DNA from: an uncultured Bdellovibrionales bacterium
Lineage (GTDB): Bacteria; Patescibacteriota; Minisyncoccia; Moranbacterales; GWC2-37-73
Direction: 5' to 3'
DNA length: 64,000 nucleotides
Assembly: GCA_964609855.1 (NCBI GenBank)
Contig: CAZSTB010000007.1
Location: 94-64,093, forward strand
Under the pieces are notes generated by a model, which was not told the origin of the DNA, did no database searches, and was given only the letters and a program-made list of their open reading frames with translations. Shown here one piece after another: positions 9,611 to 17,125 of this stretch. A program made the position numbers and the translations under genes. Each line of letters begins with the position of its first letter. Within the stretch, counting starts at the first letter, position 1.

Positions 9611-9640
9611 AAGAGCCTCCTTGGGCTCTTTTTTTATTTT
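9611..9640. terminator. Bidirectional intrinsic terminator
   Basis: aagagcc-tcctt-gggctctt followed by ttttttatttt; T-run also on opposite strand. Confidence 0.6.
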
Positions 9641-9651
9641 CAGCAAGAGAA

Positions 9652-10098
9652 CTAACCAACTCTTGTCAGCACTATCCCATCATCACTGGACATTATCAAT
9701 TGTGCGTGCAGATGTTGCACGGTAGCTCCAGTCTTTCCGGTACTTTCAGAAGAACGCATCAATAAAGTACTGTGAGTAATATCAAGCATTTTCTTAACTT
9801 CCTTAACAGCATCCCATAAATCCAATATTTCTTCCTTGGTCATTTCTTCAGGATTCAAGATGTGGCGCTTAATTACCAATATGAGGTGCTCCTTTGTGTT
9901 TTCATAAGGCCAGGCATTTCTTGTCACTATCCAGGAATCATTTTCCACCAAAATTGGATTAGGATGATAAGTTGGTTTAACCTTATCCACAAAATCATGG
10001 CAAAAGGGACAAACTCCATCTGCAATAATTTTTTTCAGTGCTTCAACATAATCTTTACTGCGTGCAGCATTTTTCAAATCTAATCCGCTTTTATTCAT
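9652..10098 (-). CDS. HIT-family protein, GalT-branch (HxHxQ; Ap4A phosphorylase / nucleotidyltransferase-like)
   Basis: 148 aa; 'CPFCHDF', 'HLILVIKRHI', 'VQHLHAQLI'. Confidence 0.6.
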   Translation of the reverse strand: MNKSGLDLKNAARSKDYVEALKKIIADGVCPFCHDFVDKVKPTYHPNPILVENDSWIVTRNAWPYENTKEHLILVIKRHILNPEEMTKEEILDLWDAVKEVKKMLDITHSTLLMRSSESTGKTGATVQHLHAQLIMSSDDGIVLTRVG

Positions 10099-10126
10099 AC
10101 TTTTTGATATTTTAATTTATGGGGGA

Positions 10127-11104
10127 CTATATTGGAGTTGGGATCTTAAACCAAGGCTCTGTTGGTTTATAATCTTCAAGAACAAAATCTTCTTTACGAA
10201 AATCTTGAATTCTTGTCACTTCCCTATTTAGCTTTAGTTTTACAGTTGGAAATGCACCCGGCTTGATAGAAAGAATCTTATCTACAGATTCAGTCTGAAC
10301 ATCGTAGTAATGAGGATTAGAAATAAAATGAGTATACTTCACAAACTTATAACCCAATATATGCGCAACCATCAACCCAAGTGCGGACCATTCAATCAGA
10401 TTAAATTGAAGCCCCACTGGCACGTCAGCTGAACGCTGTGTGTGTGTCATTTCCAGTTCTTTCTGCTTATCAAAAAGAACAAAATGAACGAAATTACCAT
10501 GACATGGAGCAACAACCACTTCCCTCTTGAATCCCTGCTCTTCATCCCCCATGGATAGTGGCGGATTCCAAGTTGTCAAAACATGGGTTCGCAAAAAAGG
10601 TGCTTTTTCCATTTGTCTTTGAACTGCCGTAACTTGATCAAATTGTCCTTTAGTGGACTGAAAATGTGCCAAAGATGCTCCGTATGATCCATTACCCAAA
10701 TCACCTTCTTCCAATCCGAAGTTTGCACATTTTTCCTTGGTAACCCAATCCTTCCAAAAAATAGACGGGCAACCGAATTCCTTGAGGCCGCTCAGGGTGC
10801 TTTGTCCATTTAAGAATGCAATCAATTCTCCGATTGCACCATAAAAAGATTTACTAAGATCGCGCTCAGTCAAAACAGGAAAACCATTGGCCATATCGTA
10901 TTGAAGCATGGCTCCAGTTATCTCTTTGGAATTCTGGTGTCCTGAATTAGCGTTTTCATTGAGTCTGGCATGGATAGGCATCTTATCCTTTCCGGTTGTT
11001 TTAATTTTTTTCAGTAATTCTTGATACTGCAAATCTGGAATTCTCTCACTATATGGCAGGTAATCGACACCGCCTTCATTTTTATTTTCAGTATCATTGA
11101 TCAT
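10127..11104 (-). CDS. thyA: Thymidylate synthase family protein (divergent ThyA-like, extended N-terminus)
   Basis: 325 aa; 'GFPVLTERD', 'ELIAFLNGQST', 'TTWNP', catalytic 'APCH', 'QRSADVPVGLQFNL' align with ThyA core; Asn retained in the FN(I/L) motif. Confidence 0.7.
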   Translation of the reverse strand: MINDTENKNEGGVDYLPYSERIPDLQYQELLKKIKTTGKDKMPIHARLNENANSGHQNSKEITGAMLQYDMANGFPVLTERDLSKSFYGAIGELIAFLNGQSTLSGLKEFGCPSIFWKDWVTKEKCANFGLEEGDLGNGSYGASLAHFQSTKGQFDQVTAVQRQMEKAPFLRTHVLTTWNPPLSMGDEEQGFKREVVVAPCHGNFVHFVLFDKQKELEMTHTQRSADVPVGLQFNLIEWSALGLMVAHILGYKFVKYTHFISNPHYYDVQTESVDKILSIKPGAFPTVKLKLNREVTRIQDFRKEDFVLEDYKPTEPWFKIPTPI

Positions 11105-11124
11105 ATTTTTCTTTTATTTTTTAA

Positions 11125-11682
11125 TTAAAATTGAATATTCTTTTTAATAATCTCATCCATCTGACTATATAATTCCGGATAAGTTCCGTTATTATCAATA
11201 ACGTCGCTGGCATAATTTTTCAAATCAGTAATGTAGGCATCAGCATTGGCTTTATGGTCTTGGCAGAATTGTTCGAAAGTCTTTTCACTGTCACCAGCAT
11301 TTTCACCGCGCGCAATCAATCTTTCATATCTAACTTTTATGTCAGTTTCTATATATATAAGCTTAAATTCTGGAAGCTGTCTCAAAAAAACTATATCCTC
11401 CAATCTTCTGACGCCATCAATCACAACGATGTCATGAACATCATTCTGCACATCATGGAACATGCTTTTAGCAAGTACATCCTCCCCATAGTTTTTTCTT
11501 AAGGCCAAAGACAATGTTGAGATATTCTCACGACTTTGCTCAACATGAACGCGATCAAGAATATCCCTAAGAATTTGAGAAAATTTGTATGATCCTGCGT
11601 TATGACCCTGAATGACATGTTGCACAATTGCCCCCTTACCGCTCCCCATCTCTCCAGCAATACCCAGAATTAATTTAGCCAT
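11125..11682 (-). CDS. P-loop nucleoside/nucleotide kinase-like protein (possible dNMP kinase)
   Basis: 185 aa; Walker A 'GIAGEMGSGKG'; size and architecture of small NMP-kinase fold. Confidence 0.45.
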   Translation of the reverse strand: MAKLILGIAGEMGSGKGAIVQHVIQGHNAGSYKFSQILRDILDRVHVEQSRENISTLSLALRKNYGEDVLAKSMFHDVQNDVHDIVVIDGVRRLEDIVFLRQLPEFKLIYIETDIKVRYERLIARGENAGDSEKTFEQFCQDHKANADAYITDLKNYASDVIDNNGTYPELYSQMDEIIKKNIQF

Positions 11683-11821
11683 AAAAATTCATTAGACATT
11701 CAAGCATTTAAACATTCAAACAACTTGCCTAAATGCTTACATGTTTAAATGTTTGGATGATTTAATTGCCTTTATTGTAGCGCCTAAGGTTGATAAAGTC
11801 AAAAAATATTACAACACAAAA

Positions 11822-11850
11822 AAGACACCCTTGAGAGTGTCTTTTTGCTT
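11822..11850 (-). terminator. Rho-independent terminator downstream of rplA
   Basis: minus-strand aagacac-tctcaagg-gtgtctt followed by tttttgtgtt. Confidence 0.6.
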
Positions 11851-11852
11851 TG

Positions 11853-11905
11853 TGTCATCCTGAACTTTTCAAGATCTAGATTCCGAGTCCAAGTCCGGAA
11901 TGACA
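11853..11905 (+). repeat. Palindromic repeat element copy C (between rplA stop and its terminator; degenerate first hairpin)
   Basis: tgtcatcctgaacttttcaagatctagattccgagtccaagtccggaatgaca. Confidence 0.55.
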
Positions 11906-11910
11906 AGGTA

Positions 11911-12588
11911 TTACAAGATAACTTTAACTCCTGGTCCCATGGTTGAACAAACAGAAACAGAAACCATGTATTTTCCTTTCACTCCAGATGGACGAGCTTT
12001 CTGAATTGCGTCAACAAATGCTGCATAATTTTCTTCAAGTTTTTTCGCATCAAAAGAAAGTTTTCCGATTACCTGATGAACATTTCCAGTATTATCGTTC
12101 TTGAAAGAAAGCTTACCTTTCTTAAGTGATTCAACAGCTTCTTTAATTTTATCAGTAACGGTTTCAGTCTTAGGACTTGGCATTAAGCCTCGGGGCCCAA
12201 GGATCTTAGCTACGCTGGCAAGTTTCGGCATCATTTCCGGACTAGCCACAATAACATCAACTTCTTCCATTTTTCCAAGTTTGATTTTTTCAATAAGTTC
12301 TTCTCCGCCAACGATGTCAGCACCGGCATCCTGAGCTTCCTTAGTTTTAGTTGAAGTAACTACTGCAACTCTTGCAGTTTTTCCTGTTCCATGAGGAAGC
12401 ACGATTGCTCCACGGACTTGCTCATCTCCTTTTTTTGGATCAACTGCAAGTTTGATGTGAACCTCAACAGATTCATCAAATTTTGCAATCTTTCCCTCTC
12501 GTACGATCTGCAAAGCCTCAACTACATCATACAATTTATTCTTTTCAACTTTTTCGGCAACGCCGCGATACTTTTTTCCGTGTTTCAT
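11911..12588 (-). CDS. rplA: 50S ribosomal protein L1
   Basis: 225 aa; 'KFDESVEVHIKL..DPKKGDQ.VRG.IVLPHGTGK' L1 signature. Confidence 0.93.
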   Translation of the reverse strand: MKHGKKYRGVAEKVEKNKLYDVVEALQIVREGKIAKFDESVEVHIKLAVDPKKGDEQVRGAIVLPHGTGKTARVAVVTSTKTKEAQDAGADIVGGEELIEKIKLGKMEEVDVIVASPEMMPKLASVAKILGPRGLMPSPKTETVTDKIKEAVESLKKGKLSFKNDNTGNVHQVIGKLSFDAKKLEENYAAFVDAIQKARPSGVKGKYMVSVSVCSTMGPGVKVIL

Positions 12589-12797
12589 AGTTTTTATGTG
12601 GTCAACGATTGTGCATTTAGCACATATCTCCCACTATTATAAATTTAATTAATCTTACTGTATTTATTAATTTTCAATTTTCAGTTCTCAATTTTCATTG
12701 AATTTTCATTTTTTTAATTTTCAAAAACAATTTGATTGCTTTATTACTCATTCGCCTATGGCGAAATTATTGTAAATTGAAAATTGATCATTGAAAA

Positions 12798-13223
12798 TTA
12801 CTCCTCTATTTTTATTCCCATTGAGCGAGCAGTTCCAGCCACAATATTCATTGCTCCTTCAACATCATTAGCATTAAGATCAACCATCTTAGTCTTAGCA
12901 ATTTCTTCCAATTGAGCCTTGGTAACTTTTCCAACTTTTTCCTTCAACGGATTTGCAGCACCCTTTGATGCACCTGCAGCTTTCTTTAAAAGTTCAGCAG
13001 CTGGGGCAGTTTTCATAATGAAGTCGAATGAACGATCTTCATACACAGTGATTTCTACAGGCACAACTTCACCCATTTTTTCGCGGGTTGCATCATTGAA
13101 ACGTACGCAGAATTCTTGAATTGCAACGCCATGCTGACCCAATACTGGTCCTACTGGAGGCGCTGGATTCGCTTTTCCACCAACAATTTGTAACTTGATA
13201 ACTGTCTTGATTTTCTTTGCCAT
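12798..13223 (-). CDS. rplK: 50S ribosomal protein L11
   Basis: 141 aa; '[24 protein letters not shown]' L11 signature. Confidence 0.93.
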   Translation of the reverse strand: MAKKIKTVIKLQIVGGKANPAPPVGPVLGQHGVAIQEFCVRFNDATREKMGEVVPVEITVYEDRSFDFIMKTAPAAELLKKAAGASKGAANPLKEKVGKVTKAQLEEIAKTKMVDLNANDVEGAMNIVAGTARSMGIKIEE

Positions 13224-13295
13224 AAAAGTTTAAACATTTTAGCATTTAAGCATTTTATCATGCTTATGTGCTTGGATGCTTGTATGTAAAATGAT

Positions 13296-13841
13296 TTATA
13301 TCTTGTTAATTTGTAAAAAGTCTAGTTCCACTGGAGTTTCGCGCCCGAAAATAGTAACAAGCACTTTAACCTTTCCTTTCTCTTCATCAAAGTCTTGAAC
13401 TTTTCCATCAAAATCCTTGAAAGGGCCTTCATTGATCTTAACTGCATCTCCCATTTTAAGATCAATTTTATATTTGGGTTCAGATACTCCCATGCGTTTT
13501 TTCAGCATATCGATCTCACGAGGATCAACCGGCGTAGGAGTTGTTCCAAGTCCAATAAATCCAGTCACATTCGGAGTGTTACGAACCACATACCACGACG
13601 CGTCAGTCACAACCATATTCACCAGCACGTATCCAGGATAAATGCGCTCCTCAATAACTGTACGTTTTCCATTTTTAATCTTGATCTTATTCTCTTTCGG
13701 AACCATTACATCAAAAATGAGGTCTTGCATATCCATTGATTCAATACGCTGCTTCAAGTTTCTTGTAACATTATCCTCGTAACCTGAATATGTATGAATA
13801 ACATACCAAGCTCTTCCATGATGTTGTGTCTGCTTTGCCAT
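13296..13841 (-). CDS. nusG: Transcription termination/antitermination factor NusG
   Basis: 181 aa; 'WYVIHTYSGYE' NGN domain and C-terminal KOW 'GDAVKINEGPFKDFDGKV'. Confidence 0.9.
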   Translation of the reverse strand: MAKQTQHHGRAWYVIHTYSGYEDNVTRNLKQRIESMDMQDLIFDVMVPKENKIKIKNGKRTVIEERIYPGYVLVNMVVTDASWYVVRNTPNVTGFIGLGTTPTPVDPREIDMLKKRMGVSEPKYKIDLKMGDAVKINEGPFKDFDGKVQDFDEEKGKVKVLVTIFGRETPVELDFLQINKI

Positions 13842-13945
13842 TTTAATAATGCGATTCGAATCTACGAATGAACATGCGAATCAACGAATGAAATTTTCAT
13901 TCGAGTCATTCGAGTCCATTTTCGTGTCATTCGAATCGGCTCAGA

Positions 13946-14134
13946 TTATTTGATAATATATGTTCTTAAAATATATCCGAAAGCCGAATCTAATCCTCCG
14001 AGAAATGCCGCAACTACAATGCTTACGCCTACCACTAGCAATGTATAATTCAACGTCTGCTTTTTTGTCGGCCAATTAACCTTTAACATCTCAGCCTTCG
14101 CTTCCAAAATGAATTTTGTAATTTTTTGAAACAT
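13946..14134 (-). CDS. secE: Preprotein translocase subunit SecE
   Basis: 62 aa; 'KVNWPTKKQ' followed by a single TM helix; position upstream of nusG. Confidence 0.8.
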   Translation of the reverse strand: MFQKITKFILEAKAEMLKVNWPTKKQTLNYTLLVVGVSIVVAAFLGGLDSAFGYILRTYIIK

Positions 14135-14374
14135 CTTCTTTATGCGATACCAAACTACATGAACCTAAATGCAGTAAACATCTTTTCTTGTACTTTTCGT
14201 ACCGATTTTTTAGAGTTTTTTAAAAAGCCCCGGGAGGCTTCTTCTTGCTTTAAATGTACACTACTCCCGCTTTTTTGTCAAGATAAAGCCAAATTTATCG
14301 AAATTAAACAAATAATGCCTCTGGGTATGGACAAATATTTTAGTTCTTGTATAATAACTTCTGTAGCTCATTAT

Positions 14375-14448
14375 GGGCCGGTAGCTCACCTGGTAGAGCG
14401 CCTCACTTGCACTGAGGAGGTAGCGGGTTCAAGTCCTGTCCGGTCCAC
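14375..14448 (+). tRNA. tRNA-Ala (anticodon UGC)
   Basis: Acceptor GGGCCGG/CCGGTCC with G3:U70, D-arm GCTC..GAGC, anticodon loop CTTGCAC, T-loop TTCAAGT. Confidence 0.8.
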
Positions 14449-14518
14449 CCAATATTAATAATTTGAAATTTCAAATTTTAAATTTAAAATTAAGGAGTCG
14501 CTTTGCGACGGTTTTTTA

Positions 14519-14592
14519 GGGCTTATAGCTCAGTTGGTTAGAGCGCGTCACTGATAATGACGAGGTCTCTGGTTCAAATCCAGATAAGCCCA
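14519..14592 (+). tRNA. tRNA-Ile (anticodon GAU)
   Basis: GGGCTTATAGCTCAGTTGGTTAGAGC..., anticodon loop CTGATAA, T-loop GGTTCAAATCC, acceptor 3' ATAAGCCC. Confidence 0.85.
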
Positions 14593-14634
14593 CCTAAATA
14601 CTACGAAATGGCCAGGGCTCGCCCGCCGCGGCGG

Positions 14635-14676
14635 GTAATGACGAGGTCTCTGGTTCAAATCCAGATAAGCCCACAT
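14635..14676 (+). repeat. Direct duplicate of the 3' ~41 nt of tRNA-Ile (att-like repeat), preceded by GC-rich hairpin gcccgccgcggcgggt
   Basis: taatgacgaggtctctggttcaaatccagataagccca repeats 14555-14592. Confidence 0.6.
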
Positions 14677-14683
14677 TTTAATC

Positions 14684-14707
14684 CCGAAAGGGATTTTTTG
14701 TTATCCA
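14684..14707 (+). terminator. Rho-independent terminator after the tRNA cluster
   Basis: aatccc-gaaa-gggatt followed by ttttgtt. Confidence 0.6.
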
Positions 14708-14831
14708 TAAACATTGACATCGGTTATTAAAGGAATATATTTGAGATATCGGCGCTACTAAGAGGAGGTGAAAATTCGCCTAAATAAGCCGCGACTGATA
14801 AGAGCACTTTCAAAACTTGACGGAGGAAACC

Positions 14832-15125
14832 ATGAGTGGAAATGGAATGCCAAGAAGTGATTGTGATTACAAACACAGACCCAGCAAAAAGCGACTCGAG
14901 AAACAATTGAGACAGCTTAATGCGCAGACAAAGAGGAAAGAAGCGTCAAACGGATTCCTCGAAAAAAAACTTGCCGAGGAAAGTAGTGACCAAACAGTTC
15001 CAATCATGGAGCCAGGATTTTCCTTGGAAGATATGGAAGAACCGCTTCAAAAAGGTAATCTTCCAACTTCAAAAAAAGACATAAGAAACCATTTTCGTGA
15101 AAAAAGAGGTCTCGCTCCAGTCTAA
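14832..15125 (+). CDS. Hypothetical basic/hydrophilic protein (start at second ATG after GGAGGA RBS)
   Basis: ORF 14817-15125; GGAGGAAACC ATG at 14832. Confidence 0.35.
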   Translation: MSGNGMPRSDCDYKHRPSKKRLEKQLRQLNAQTKRKEASNGFLEKKLAEESSDQTVPIMEPGFSLEDMEEPLQKGNLPTSKKDIRNHFREKRGLAPV

Positions 15126-15152
15126 CAGGCAACCAGCACTAAGGAGGCAGTT

Positions 15153-15368
15153 ATGCCAGCCGCCGCATCTAGCGAACCCGCGAGAATGCAGAATACAAAT
15201 AAGCAAAAACAACCTCCAAAATGGCTATTTAAAAAATTCAACAATCCGGGTATTTGCGAAATAAAAGGATACAAAACGTTAACTAATACTTTTGTGTGCT
15301 CGGGCTGTCAAAAAAACCTGGAAATTTCAATCTTTCTTGAATCTCCCATTTGCGAATGCGATAGTTAA
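15153..15368 (+). CDS. Hypothetical small Cys-containing protein (71 aa, possible zinc-ribbon)
   Basis: Strong RBS TAAGGAGGCAGTT ATG; C..CxxC...CxC cysteines. Confidence 0.4.
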   Translation: MPAAASSEPARMQNTNKQKQPPKWLFKKFNNPGICEIKGYKTLTNTFVCSGCQKNLEISIFLESPICECDS

Positions 15369-15375
15369 AGAAAGC

Positions 15376-15412
15376 TAGAGCCAGACAATCATTGTCTGGC
15401 TCTCTTTATTTT
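15376..15412. terminator. Intrinsic terminator hairpin between convergent genes
   Basis: gagccagacaatcattgtctggctc followed by tttatttt. Confidence 0.5.
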
Positions 15413-15426
15413 CATTTTGCTAATAG

Positions 15427-16344
15427 CTATTTCTTCAAAAACTTCTGCACACTATGTGCAGCAATTGCACCCTCGGAAGCGGCAGTTATAATTTGCTTGA
15501 ATTTATCAGAACCATTTGTGATATCACCTGCCGCCCAGATTCCTTTCTCACTAGTTCTGCCTGATGGATCTATTTTAATATAACCCTCTTCATCAATTTC
15601 AATTTCTAGGTCCTTCGCGAGATCAGTTAATGGTACGCTCCCAATTTCTGCAAAGACACCGTCGACTTTTAAAATATCTGAATTTTCATAAGGATTATCC
15701 AAAACTACAGACTCAACATTTTCGCTTCCCCTTATTTCTTTAAGGTTAGTATTATATAACATCTTGATTTTAGGATTTTTCTCGATTGCCGCACCCCAGA
15801 AAGATTCACACCTAAGCTTATCTCCTCGATAAATCATATAAACTTTTTCAGCAATATCGCCCAAAAACACTGCCGCGCCAGCTGCACTGTCATTTCCACC
15901 AATTATTGCCACGGTCTTTCCTTTATAGAAAAATCCGTCACATGTCGCACAATATGAGACACCCTTACCGGCAAACTCCTTTTCTCCAGGAATTCCCAAG
16001 TGTCGATGCTTAGTTCCCATTGCAAGTAATACGGTTTTAGCTTCTATTTTTTTTCCATCACTTACAAATAAAGTGAATGTCTCGCCAGTCCTTTTAATTT
16101 CATCCACTAATGCAGGAATAATATCACTGTCGTAACTCTTGACGTGCTCACTGGCTTTCATCGCATATTCATAGCCTTTAATTTTTTCCGTGCCGAGCCA
16201 ATTGCCAATTTCATGAGTCTGCGTCGTCAGACCACCTGCAACACCTCCAATTACAACATTTTTGATGCCGTAGCGAGACGCATATACCGAAGCGCTAAGT
16301 CCGGCCGGACCTGCGCCAACAATAGCTAAGTCAAAAATTTCCAT
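15427..16344 (-). CDS. trxB: Thioredoxin-disulfide reductase
   Basis: 305 aa; FAD 'GAGPAG', redox 'CATCDG', NADPH 'GGGDSA'-like motif. Confidence 0.9.
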   Translation of the reverse strand: MEIFDLAIVGAGPAGLSASVYASRYGIKNVVIGGVAGGLTTQTHEIGNWLGTEKIKGYEYAMKASEHVKSYDSDIIPALVDEIKRTGETFTLFVSDGKKIEAKTVLLAMGTKHRHLGIPGEKEFAGKGVSYCATCDGFFYKGKTVAIIGGNDSAAGAAVFLGDIAEKVYMIYRGDKLRCESFWGAAIEKNPKIKMLYNTNLKEIRGSENVESVVLDNPYENSDILKVDGVFAEIGSVPLTDLAKDLEIEIDEEGYIKIDPSGRTSEKGIWAAGDITNGSDKFKQIITAASEGAIAAHSVQKFLKK

Positions 16345-16424
16345 ATAGTAAAATATTTTTTATAATTATATTTATTGACTAAATTTAAATGTCAAAATCT
16401 AAATTTCAAACAAAATTCTCAAAT

Positions 16425-16467
16425 CCTAATTTTTAGTCATTTTATCACTTGGATTTGAGATTTTTCC
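16425..16467 (-). repeat. Conserved stop-codon-flanking motif (copy 1 of 3), GGGAAAAATCTCAAATCC... immediately 3' of the CsoR-like gene
   Basis: Similar to 42515-42554 and 54358-54399. Confidence 0.4.
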
Positions 16468-16746
16468 CTATTTCATCTTGAAAAGACTCTTGAGATATTT
16501 CTCATCAAACTTTGCCTTTCCTTCCCATTTGCAAACGAAATCATTCTTAAGCATTTCAATGCCTAACATGGAAACAGCTTCTCGAATTGCGGTAACCTGC
16601 GTAATCACGTCGATGCATTCCTTTTTCTCTTCAACCATGCGGCGAATACCTTTGAGTTGACCTTCAATTCTAGAAATCCGATTTATAATTTTTTCTTGCG
16701 CCAAAGCGATATCTCTCTCTTTAATACTTTTCTTGGAAACTACCAT
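16468..16746 (-). CDS. CsoR/RcnR-family (DUF156) metal- or persulfide-sensing transcriptional repressor
   Basis: 92 aa; 'INRISRIEGQLKGIRRMVEE...C..V..Q..A...A' helical bundle with conserved Cys. Confidence 0.8.
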   Translation of the reverse strand: MVVSKKSIKERDIALAQEKIINRISRIEGQLKGIRRMVEEKKECIDVITQVTAIREAVSMLGIEMLKNDFVCKWEGKAKFDEKYLKSLFKMK

Positions 16747-16767
16747 AAATTTTTTAACTATTATCGA

Positions 16768-16971
16768 TTACTCCTGCTTCCTTCTAATTGTACTGATATC
16801 TAAAAATTTGTATAAAAAGCAAAATCCCATTGTAAAAGTTACGGTCATCATTAGTGCCAACACGTAAAGCACTAGTCTTGCCCAGCCATCAACAAGGAAA
16901 CTTCCTGCAGCTAAGAAAACCAACACTAATATGAAACGGATAATCCGATCCCAAATTCCTACATTTTGCAT
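16768..16971 (-). CDS. Small inner-membrane protein, DUF2892/YgaP-like
   Basis: 67 aa; 'WDRIIRFILVLVFLAAG' motif followed by 2 TM helices. Confidence 0.55.
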   Translation of the reverse strand: MQNVGIWDRIIRFILVLVFLAAGSFLVDGWARLVLYVLALMMTVTFTMGFCFLYKFLDISTIRRKQE

Positions 16972-17009
16972 AATTATTTTTATATTGAAAAATTAAATTT
17001 TTATGCTTA

Positions 17010-17032
17010 TTATACCCTACAGGGGTATAATA
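17010..17032. promoter_or_regulatory. Predicted CsoR-type operator (inverted repeat TATACCCTACAGGGGTATA) upstream of the DUF2892-csoR-like operon
   Basis: GC-core palindrome resembling CsoR operators (TACCC..GGGTA). Confidence 0.45.
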
Positions 17033-17125
17033 ATTCAAAAAACTGCTTCCGTCAAATAATTCCTTGTGAATATAAAAATTTTTATTCAACGAAAATAAGT
17101 ATGGTTTTTGGCATTAATTAAGTGC

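Noticed and set aside
10127-11104. ThyA-like protein as a dUMP/dCMP hydroxymethylase for DNA hypermodification
   Set aside because: It retains the ThyA Asn in the FN(I/L) motif (dUMP specificity) and sits beside DHFR, which is only needed if dihydrofolate is produced. Ordinary thymidylate synthase is the simpler reading.
14126-14458. ORF 14126-14458(+)
   Set aside because: Runs through tRNA-Ala; the C-terminal 'GSSPVRST' is just the tRNA sequence translated.
14593-14676. tRNA-Ile interruption as a tRNA intron or permuted tRNA
   Set aside because: The first copy is already a complete, correctly folded tRNA. The downstream segment is a duplicated 3' half, not a missing exon.
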